DNA from: Phormidium tenue FACHB-1050
GTDB lineage: Bacteria > Cyanobacteriota > Cyanobacteriia > Pseudanabaenales > Pseudanabaenaceae
NCBI RefSeq assembly: GCF_014696925.1
Contig: NZ_JACJQY010000037.1
Location: forward strand, 1-32,000
Reading direction: 5' to 3'
Length of the DNA stretch: 32,000 nt
Part shown: positions 24,413-32,000 of the stretch, piece by piece
Position numbering within the stretch: the first letter of the stretch is position 1
Layout of the letters: each line of letters begins with the position of its first letter
The notes under the pieces: model-generated
Databases searched by the model: none
Told to the model about the DNA's origin: nothing
The model's input: only the letters and a program-made list of their open reading frames with translations
Made by a program: the position numbers and the translations under genes

Positions 24413-27400
24413 ATGGCATCTAGTTTTATCGTCAACAAAGCAGACCTCGAAAAAATCCTGTTTCAAATCAAGATCGCTGAGGATAGCTCCATCGGCTACC
24501 AGTCAGTGTCGGAAACTAAGACAATTCTTCAGTCGATCATGGATGCGTATGGTATTTCCGCCGCCAATGCAGCGCAGTTGCCTGCTGGTCTACGCACCGT
24601 CGATGGCACCTTCAACAGCCTCATCCCAGGGCGGAGCACGATCGGTGCGGCAGACACGCTATTTCCTCGCTTGACCGATCCAGTGTTCGTTAATGATGCT
24701 GATGGCGACCAGATGTCGTTTGGAGTTCCAAATGCGCCAGTCATCACAAATAATAACTACGATCCCCGCCTTAGTAGTACAAACCCACCTGAAGTCAATC
24801 CAGCTAGTGTTGCTGATGCCGATCCGCGCATTATTTCCAATTTGATCTCGGACATGTCTGTCAACAACCCAGCCGCGATCGATGCTTACTTTAATAACCC
24901 GTTGTCCCTCGCTCAGTTTGAAGCAGATCATCCCGGCATGATTCCAGTCAAGCCAGGCGATCTTCGGGCAGGAACTGGTAATTACCTTGCTATTACCAAT
25001 GCCGACCTCCAAACAATCCCCAACCAGTCCCCCGACATCGGGTTATCGTCTGGTTTCAACTCTTGGATGACCATCTTCGGTCAATTCTTCGACCACGGGC
25101 TCGATCTCGTTACCAAAGGCGGCAACGGCACAGTATATATTCCACTACAGGAGGACGATCCCCTGGTTGCAGGCAAAGATGGGCTCTTTAACACCGCCGA
25201 CGATCTCCCGCCGCAGCTCCGATTCATGGCGCTGACCCGCGCGACAACAACGATTGTGGATGGTGTTCCGCAGCACGAGAACAAGACAACCTCATGGATC
25301 GACCAGAACCAAACCTACACCTCTCATGCCTCGCATCAAGTGTTCCTGCGCGAATACAAGAGAGTCCCTGATCAGATAACCAACGCACCCGTAACGATCG
25401 CAACTGGTAAAGTACTTGATGGTTCGCTTGCAGGTTCGGTCTCTAACTGGGGTGAAGTCAAGGCGAATGCTAAGACCTATTTGGGCATCATCCTCAGTGA
25501 TTTCGATGTCCACAACGTGCCACTGCTACTGACTGATCAATACGGTAAATTCATTCCAGGAGCCAATGGCTATGCTCAAGTAGCCACTACCACTGGCTTT
25601 GTTGAGGGAACAGCAGCAGGCTTGGTTCTGCCTGCCAACACAGTTCGCACTAACCACGCATTCCTCGATGACATTGCCCACCATGCAGTACCTGGATTCT
25701 ATAGAAACAGTTCAGGAGATCTAGTCCCACAAACTGCGGACACAGATCCTGGTGTCGGCGACGATAACGATGCTACGACCTACGACGATGAAATGTTGAA
25801 CTCACATTTCATCACGGGTGACGGACGCGGCAACGAGAACATTGCGCTGACCGCAGTTCACTCCATCTTCCACTCCGAGCACAATCGTCTTGTCGAAGCA
25901 AATAAAGCAACCATTCTTGCGTCGAACGATCTGGATTTCCTAAATGAGTGGTTGCGAATTGACGTTACGGCAGTTCCGACCGCACCCAGTGATATTGCGG
26001 CTTTGGAATGGGATGGCGAACGCCTGTTTCAGGCAGCTCGATTCACCAATGAAATGCAATACCAGCATTTAGTGTTTGAAGAATTCGCACGCCGCATTCA
26101 GCCGATGATCGATCCTTTCGTCTTCAACAACAGCCCCGACATCGACCCATCAATCGTGGCGGAGTTTGCCCACACGGTGTATCGCTTCGGACATTCGATG
26201 CTAACTGGCACAGTTGATCGCTTAGAGAACGACCTGACGACCGTCAACGGAGAACCTGATCAGAAGACATTGCTGGCAGCGTTTCTTAACCCACAGGCCT
26301 ACATCGCCAGCGGAGCGGATATAGCAACCATCAACGCCAACCTAGTCCGAGGCTTGACCCGTGACGTAGGCAGCGGGATCGACGAGTTCATCGTGGACGA
26401 CTTGCGCAGCAATCTCTTGGGACTGCCGCTCGACCTTGGTGCGCTCAACATTGCCCGTGGTCGTGAAACTGGCGTTCCCTCGCTCAATGAAACCCGCAGG
26501 CAACTCTACGAAGGCACTGGCTTAGCTGACCTCAAGCCCTACACCAGCTGGGTTGATTTTTCCTTGAACATCAAAAACCAGCTCTCGGTTATCAACTTCA
26601 TCGCGGCTTACGGTACACATACGAGCATCACCTCACAATCAACCGTTGCTGGCAAACGGGCGGCAGCAGAGGAACTCGTCTTCGGTACAGAGGCTGACGG
26701 TATTACACCTTCGGACATAACTGATCGCCTCGACTTCCTGAACGCCACAGGCGCTTATGCTGGTGGCGATTTGGGTGGACTCAATCTGGTCGATTTCTGG
26801 ATCGGCGGGCTTGCCGAAGCGAATCCCGAATTCGGCGGCATGTTGGGTAGTACCTTCAACTTTGTGTTTGAATCCCAGATGGAGAACCTGCAAAACGGCG
26901 ATCGTTTCTACTATCTGAGCCGTACTCAGGGCATGAACTTGCTCAACCAGCTAGAGCCAAATACCTTCGCCGACATGGTGATGCGCAACACCGCGCTCGG
27001 CGACAAGTATGCGACCCATTTAAATGGATTTCTGTTCGTCACACCAGACTATATCCTCGAGCTAGATCGGGGCATTGCACAGGAAGACTATAACGGGACT
27101 GCCGCTGGCAAGGATCCGCTTGGAGGCACTCTCTTTAATCCCAAAGTTCAGCGCGACTACACAGGCAGCAGCATCGTCGATGGAAACCACGATTTCGGCG
27201 GTACTCTAAGGTTTACTGGTGGCGAACATGTTGTGATCGGCGGTACTGAAGGTAACGACAAACTATACAGCGACAAGGGTGACGATACCCTATGGGGCGA
27301 TGGTGGCAATGACTACATCAATGGTGGCGCTGGTGCTGACAACGTCTTCGGCGGCGAAGGCGACGACATTATCGAAGATCCATTTGGGGATGATATGTTG

Positions 27401-30400
27401 CGTGGTGAACAGGGCAACGATGTCATCACCAGTTCCCGTGGCTTGGATCTGATATTTGGTGACCAAGGTACCGACTATATCGTACTAGGTCAGGATGGTA
27501 GCGAAGTCTTCGCAGGTGCTGACGACGACTTCGTCCTTGGTGGTACTGGCGGCGACTTTCTGCTAGGCAATGAGGGCAGCGACTGGATCGAAGGCGGAGC
27601 TGGCTTCGACACACTGGCGGGTGACAACTCGGAACTGTTCTTCAACAGCCCGATCCTCGGTCATGATGTGTTATTCGGTCAGGGCGACGAAACCGACTAC
27701 GACGCAGAATCAGGCGACGATATCATGGGTTCTGGCGCGAGTGTCTACCGCTATGAAGGGATGTTCGGCTTTGACTGGGGCATTGCTAAGTACGACAACT
27801 CGCCCATTAAGTTCGACCTGAATTTCAATCTCGCTGCTCTCGGCACTCCGAACGATGTCTTACGCGATCGCTTTGATAACGTGGAAGCATTATCAGGTTG
27901 GAGGAATAATGACGAACTGTTTGGCGACGATCGCGGTCATGTTGCAGGTGCATCTCCCATCGCTTTCGATCCCGTCACCGCAGACCAACTGTTCTTCAGC
28001 ACTTTGCCGTTGGCTAATGCTCCTGCTGGGGCGATCGATGTATTGTTCAACAACTTGCTAACCAATGAGGGTGTTGATCGGATCACTGGCTTCAGAACTT
28101 GGTTTGGCGGCGCAGCAGTTACGCTCAACACCGTGGCTGGTACTGGCGCTGGCGACACATTCTTCCGCGATGGCAATATCCTTATGGGTGGCGACGGCAA
28201 CGATATCATCAAGGGACGTGGTGGTTTCGACATCATTGATGGCGATGCTTGGTTGAACGTGCGGATTAAAATCGACATCAACGGCACGATCTACTCGGCT
28301 GATTCGATGAGCAATGATACTACCGTTATGGGGCAATATGCTGGCAAGGTCTTTAACACCAACTCAGACGGCAGCCCAAATTACAGCAGTCCAGCCTTTG
28401 GCGGTGCATCGCTCACATCGTTGCTGCTAAACCGAACCATCAATCCTGGTCAGATGACCATCGTCCGTGAGATCTTGACCGACAATACCGACCTCACGGG
28501 TCTTAACAAAAACATCGACACCGCCGTCTTCCAAGGCAACTTCGCAGAATATGAAATTGAGGGCTTTAATACGCTCGGTCGGGCAACTGATGTCAATGGT
28601 GATGGTTTCATCTATGTCCGCGATCTCGACAATGGTGTCACCCGTCCTCCTGTTGTTGATCCGCTAACGGGCGTTGCTAGGATAGTCTCTGACGACACCG
28701 ATCTGATCAAGAACATCGAGCAGCTCCAGTTCGCCGATGTGACCATCCGTCTTGATGTTGTAGCGCCAACCGACATTCAGTTTAATGGTGTCACTCCAGC
28801 AGCAGGAAATGCATTTCCGCTTGCAGGTACGACGATCGCAACCCTGAGTACGACGGATGCCAATACGACCACGGGATTTGACTACTCGTTGTTGGTTGCG
28901 GGTAGCAGCGCTGGCTTTGCGGTAAGTCAGACAGGTGTTGTTACTGCCACAGCCAATATGGTTGGAAATCAGATCTACACACTTAACATCAGATCTACAA
29001 ATACAACAACAGGCGCTTTCCGCATTGAAACCTTTGAGATCAGAACTGGTGGTAATGGCGGAGGCGCTGATGCACTCACCGTAAATCCAGCGACCAACTT
29101 TGACAACATCATGTATGGCAATGCTGGCAACGACACGCTCAACGGTGGCACTCGCAACGACACCCTGTTCGGTCAGGATGGCAACGACACGCTCAACGGC
29201 GGCGATGGCAATGACACCTTGAACGGTGGTGCTGGTGTTGACAACCTGAACGGTGGCGCTGGCAACGACATATTGGTTGGTGGCGCTGGCAACGACATTG
29301 TAAACGGTGGTGCTGGCAACGACACAATCCGCTATACGGTCGATGCTGATCGTACCGACACGATCGATGGTGGTGCCGACAACGATACGCTGGTACTCAC
29401 TGGACGCGCTGGCACTCTCAACGAAAACCTTGCCGTGACATTCGACGGAACTGCCCTCAATGCGGTTGAAGGTGGCTCTGTGTCCAACGTTGAGTCTGTA
29501 ACCGTAGATCTGGGCGATGGCATCGATACTTTGACCTACGTCACTATCTCTGGAGTGCCAGTAGGAGTTACGGTTGATCTCGCTAATGGAACTGCGTCGG
29601 GATTCACCTCGGTCGCTAACATCGAGAACGTGACGGGTAACGGCGGAGCCGACAACATTACGGGCGATGCTAACAACAACGTCCTGAGCGGTGGTGGCAA
29701 CAACGACATCATCAGCGGTGGTGCTGGTAATGACACGATTAATGGCGGTATTGGCACTGACACAGTCGTAGAATCTGGCGATTTCAACTTTGTCCTGACT
29801 AATAACCAACTGACAGGCAACGGTACTGATACCCTAATCAGTATCGAACAGGCTATCTTGACTGGTGGTTCTGGCAACAATACCTTTAACGTATCTGGTT
29901 TCGGCGGTACAGTCACGATTAATGGAGGTGATGGCACTGACACATTAATAGATTCAGGGAATGTTAACTTTGTCTTGTCCGACACTACCCTAACGGGCAA
30001 CGGTACTGACACGCTAACTTCCATCGAACTGGCTACTTTGACAGGCGGTGGTGGCAACAACACCATTAACGCATCTGGTTTCAGCGGTGCTGTCACCCTC
30101 AACGGTGCTGGTGGCAACGATACCTTGACGGGTGGCAATGGCGCTGACACCCTCATCGGTGGTACTGGCAATGACTCTGTCATCGGTGGCACAGGCAACG
30201 ACACAATTCGCTATACGGTCGATGCGGACGGAACCGACACGGTAAATGGTGATGCCGACAGCGATACGCTGGTGCTCACTTCCAACGGCGGCAACCAAAA
30301 CCTCACCGTAACATTCAACGGAACCTCAATCACCAACTTTGAAGGCGGAACAGTTACCAACGTCGAGTTTATAACTGCTGATCTGGGTGCTGGTGCTGGT

Positions 30401-31090
30401 GATACCCTGACCTACAATGCGCCAGGCGGTGTCACAGTCAATCTATCTACTGGAACTGCATCTGGGTTCATCTCAAGCGCATCTGGGTTGCCTGCGATCG
30501 CCAACATTGAGAACGTGACCAGTAATGGTGGCATCGACAGCCTGTTTGGCGATCTCAATGCCAACGTGTTGAATAGTGGTGGTGCCGACGACACAATCGA
30601 CGGCGCGGGCGGAAACGACACGATAAACGGCGGTCTGGGTGCTGACAGACTTACAGGCGGTTTGGGTGTTGATACTTTCGTCTTTCAGTTTGGTCAGTCT
30701 CAGGTGAACCTCGGATTCGATAGAATTACCGACTTTACTTTTGGTACTGATAGAATTGATTTGCTCACAGGTGGAGGAAATGCCACTTCTGCTCCCCTTA
30801 GCTTTAGTCGTGCGGCTGACAATAGCACTGCATCGACCTTGCAGCTTCTTGCTCAGTCAGTCTTTAACGATGCTAACGGTTTGCTTGCAGGGAACCAAGC
30901 ATTGGCAGCCAACAGTGCTGCCATTGTAAGCACCACAGCAGCAAGTGCGCTTGGAGTTGGAACTTACCTCATTATTAACGATGGTACTGCTGGATTCAAT
31001 ACTAATAACGATCTGTTTATTAATATCACTGGATACCAAGGCGCACTCCCCGGACTAGGCACAATCACACCAAATAGTGTCTTTGCTTAG
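24413..31090 (+). CDS. Giant animal-heme-peroxidase / RTX Ca-binding repeat protein (peroxicin, MopA-like), probable T1SS substrate
   Basis: 2225 aa. Distal-His block FGQFFDHGLDL, proximal-His block AVHSIFHSEHNRL, LDLGALNIARGRETGVPSLNE. Several GGxGxDxL nonapeptide blocks, a cadherin/Ig-like segment and a non-repeat C-terminal tail. No N-terminal signal peptide. Confidence 0.92.
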   Translation: MASSFIVNKADLEKILFQIKIAEDSSIGYQSVSETKTILQSIMDAYGISAANAAQLPAGLRTVDGTFNSLIPGRSTIGAADTLFPRLTDPVFVNDADGDQMSFGVPNAPVITNNNYDPRLSSTNPPEVNPASVADADPRIISNLISDMSVNNPAAIDAYFNNPLSLAQFEADHPGMIPVKPGDLRAGTGNYLAITNADLQTIPNQSPDIGLSSGFNSWMTIFGQFFDHGLDLVTKGGNGTVYIPLQEDDPLVAGKDGLFNTADDLPPQLRFMALTRATTTIVDGVPQHENKTTSWIDQNQTYTSHASHQVFLREYKRVPDQITNAPVTIATGKVLDGSLAGSVSNWGEVKANAKTYLGIILSDFDVHNVPLLLTDQYGKFIPGANGYAQVATTTGFVEGTAAGLVLPANTVRTNHAFLDDIAHHAVPGFYRNSSGDLVPQTADTDPGVGDDNDATTYDDEMLNSHFITGDGRGNENIALTAVHSIFHSEHNRLVEANKATILASNDLDFLNEWLRIDVTAVPTAPSDIAALEWDGERLFQAARFTNEMQYQHLVFEEFARRIQPMIDPFVFNNSPDIDPSIVAEFAHTVYRFGHSMLTGTVDRLENDLTTVNGEPDQKTLLAAFLNPQAYIASGADIATINANLVRGLTRDVGSGIDEFIVDDLRSNLLGLPLDLGALNIARGRETGVPSLNETRRQLYEGTGLADLKPYTSWVDFSLNIKNQLSVINFIAAYGTHTSITSQSTVAGKRAAAEELVFGTEADGITPSDITDRLDFLNATGAYAGGDLGGLNLVDFWIGGLAEANPEFGGMLGSTFNFVFESQMENLQNGDRFYYLSRTQGMNLLNQLEPNTFADMVMRNTALGDKYATHLNGFLFVTPDYILELDRGIAQEDYNGTAAGKDPLGGTLFNPKVQRDYTGSSIVDGNHDFGGTLRFTGGEHVVIGGTEGNDKLYSDKGDDTLWGDGGNDYINGGAGADNVFGGEGDDIIEDPFGDDMLRGEQGNDVITSSRGLDLIFGDQGTDYIVLGQDGSEVFAGADDDFVLGGTGGDFLLGNEGSDWIEGGAGFDTLAGDNSELFFNSPILGHDVLFGQGDETDYDAESGDDIMGSGASVYRYEGMFGFDWGIAKYDNSPIKFDLNFNLAALGTPNDVLRDRFDNVEALSGWRNNDELFGDDRGHVAGASPIAFDPVTADQLFFSTLPLANAPAGAIDVLFNNLLTNEGVDRITGFRTWFGGAAVTLNTVAGTGAGDTFFRDGNILMGGDGNDIIKGRGGFDIIDGDAWLNVRIKIDINGTIYSADSMSNDTTVMGQYAGKVFNTNSDGSPNYSSPAFGGASLTSLLLNRTINPGQMTIVREILTDNTDLTGLNKNIDTAVFQGNFAEYEIEGFNTLGRATDVNGDGFIYVRDLDNGVTRPPVVDPLTGVARIVSDDTDLIKNIEQLQFADVTIRLDVVAPTDIQFNGVTPAAGNAFPLAGTTIATLSTTDANTTTGFDYSLLVAGSSAGFAVSQTGVVTATANMVGNQIYTLNIRSTNTTTGAFRIETFEIRTGGNGGGADALTVNPATNFDNIMYGNAGNDTLNGGTRNDTLFGQDGNDTLNGGDGNDTLNGGAGVDNLNGGAGNDILVGGAGNDIVNGGAGNDTIRYTVDADRTDTIDGGADNDTLVLTGRAGTLNENLAVTFDGTALNAVEGGSVSNVESVTVDLGDGIDTLTYVTISGVPVGVTVDLANGTASGFTSVANIENVTGNGGADNITGDANNNVLSGGGNNDIISGGAGNDTINGGIGTDTVVESGDFNFVLTNNQLTGNGTDTLISIEQAILTGGSGNNTFNVSGFGGTVTINGGDGTDTLIDSGNVNFVLSDTTLTGNGTDTLTSIELATLTGGGGNNTINASGFSGAVTLNGAGGNDTLTGGNGADTLIGGTGNDSVIGGTGNDTIRYTVDADGTDTVNGDADSDTLVLTSNGGNQNLTVTFNGTSITNFEGGTVTNVEFITADLGAGAGDTLTYNAPGGVTVNLSTGTASGFISSASGLPAIANIENVTSNGGIDSLFGDLNANVLNSGGADDTIDGAGGNDTINGGLGADRLTGGLGVDTFVFQFGQSQVNLGFDRITDFTFGTDRIDLLTGGGNATSAPLSFSRAADNSTASTLQLLAQSVFNDANGLLAGNQALAANSAAIVSTTAASALGVGTYLIINDGTAGFNTNNDLFINITGYQGALPGLGTITPNSVFA

Positions 31091-31561
31091 ATATCCACTT
31101 CTATCGCAAAACAGGTGAATCTACATTAACTAGCTTCATCTGTTTCCCTAGTCGATGTTGAATATTAAAGGCGATCGCTTTTTTCTTTGTCGGAAAGAGC
31201 GATCGCTTTTCCTCTATACGACGAAGAGAGTAATTTGCTCAAATCGATATCGGTGCGATCGTGCGGAATATGCTTTTCTAGAGAAGTGAAGTATAGTAAT
31301 CGCCAAGCAGATTAGGGCATCTACATATGGGTGAATACTTTTCGGAGAAAGGGTTCTTGAAAAGCTGACTGCTGATAGCTATATCAGCGTGGATTGAGAA
31401 GAATTTTTGTTTTTGAGAAAAGCGAAAAGACGTTCGGGATAGTCTTCTGCTTTTGCCAGAGTGACTTTAGGGATTTTGAATTATTCAATAAAAAATTTAG
31501 ATTTGCAAAATTACTGAACTTAAACTAAAATCAGAATAGGTGATTCAGAGTGGGTTTTACG

Positions 31562-32000
31562 ATGAAATTAGTCTTTGAATGTTATAAAAAAACTGTTGCG
31601 GCGAGATGCATCCTGCAAGGAATCGCGCTTCTATCCATACCATTCTTCGCAGATTCTCTCTCCGCTCAACCAATTACAACAGCCACAGATGGAACGAATA
31701 CCGTCGTACTGCAAAATGGACAACGCTTCGACATTACAGGTGGAACTCAAGCAGGCGAAAATCTTTTCCACAGCTTCCAACAGTTTGGACTGAATCAGGG
31801 ACAAATCGCCAATTTCCTCAGCCAACCAAATATTCAAAACATTCTCAGCCGCGTAGTTGGTGGCAACCCTTCCGTAATTAACGGGCTAATTCAACTCACG
31901 GGAGGAAATTCCAATCTCTACATCATGAATCCCGCAGGCATAATCTTTGGAGCCAACGCCAGTTTAAACGTCCCAGCAGCTTTTACCGCTACGACAGCAC
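31562..32000 (+). CDS. TPS-domain (filamentous haemagglutinin N-terminal) exoprotein, 5' part only
   Basis: My translation is [85 protein letters not shown]...[53 protein letters not shown]. It carries NLFHSF and NPAGI (NPNGI-like) TPS motifs. The ORF runs off the window, so it is absent from the ORF track. Confidence 0.8.
   Translation, partial: MKLVFECYKKTVAARCILQGIALLSIPFFADSLSAQPITTATDGTNTVVLQNGQRFDITGGTQAGENLFHSFQQFGLNQGQIANFLSQPNIQNILSRVVGGNPSVINGLIQLTGGNSNLYIMNPAGIIFGANASLNVPAAFTATTA

Noticed and set aside
28664-29809. 381-aa minus-strand ORF inside the RTX region
   Set aside because: It is antisense to the GGxGxD repeat codons. The GNN/NNC periodic composition keeps the opposite strand open. 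The translation is low-complexity (V/A/T/S runs), there is no start context, and it is fully nested in a gene with strong motifs.
29536-30204. 222-aa minus-strand ORF (P/V/S/L-rich)
   Set aside because: Same artefact of repeat composition as the 381-aa ORF, and nested antisense to the peroxicin gene.
31168-31215. Terminator after the peroxicin gene (AAAGGCGATCGCTTTTTT and AAAGAGCGATCGCTTTTCC)
   Set aside because: The stems rely on the self-complementary HIP1 core with essentially no loop, so the predicted hairpins are weak. I did not list it as a feature.
31575-31881. Track ORFs 31575-31793, 31606-31881 (plus strand) and 31631-31837 (minus strand)
   Set aside because: They are wrong frames of the TPS-domain gene, which starts at 31562 in the remaining plus frame and shows clear FhaB-type motifs.
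1-32000. Very frequent GCGATCGC palindromes as candidate regulatory sites
   Set aside because: This is the HIP1 octamer, a genome-wide cyanobacterial signature found equally inside genes. It is useful only as a taxonomic clue, not as a local feature.

Overview
This looks like a cyanobacterial chromosomal segment, because the HIP1 octamer GCGATCGC is scattered through genes and spacers. Core genes (obg, a cysQ-like phosphatase, smtA/smtB, pilB-pilT-pilC, miaA, leuD, a ferredoxin) are interleaved with three accessory patches. (i) 146-4900 is a toxin-antitoxin/defence islet. An orphan HicB-fold gene overlaps an NB-ARC STAND NTPase whose TPR tail has been displaced in-frame by an AT-rich coding module of unknown fold. 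This is followed by hicAB, an orphan phd-type antitoxin and a DUF433/PIN-like pair, with the cassettes separated by a conserved 54-bp repeat. (ii) 19200-23400 holds a Tat-exported multicopper oxidase, a His-rich TPR partner and a small secreted protein. (iii) 23400-32000 holds an extremely AT-rich ~1-kb leader, a 2225-aa heme-peroxidase/RTX giant (peroxicin, MopA-like) and the start of a TPS-domain (filamentous-haemagglutinin-type) exoprotein. Both oxidase genes are preceded by helically phased 11-bp arrays sharing the core TAACTTT. These arrays and the chimeric STAND gene are the most interesting unexplained signals. Also present are a family of ~115-bp nested-palindrome MITE-like elements with compensatory stem changes, and a series of terminators built on the same GCGC-GAA-GCGC triloop hairpin. 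I saw no rRNA, tRNA, CRISPR array or transposase gene. All protein calls rest on motif recognition by eye; no database search or computation was possible.
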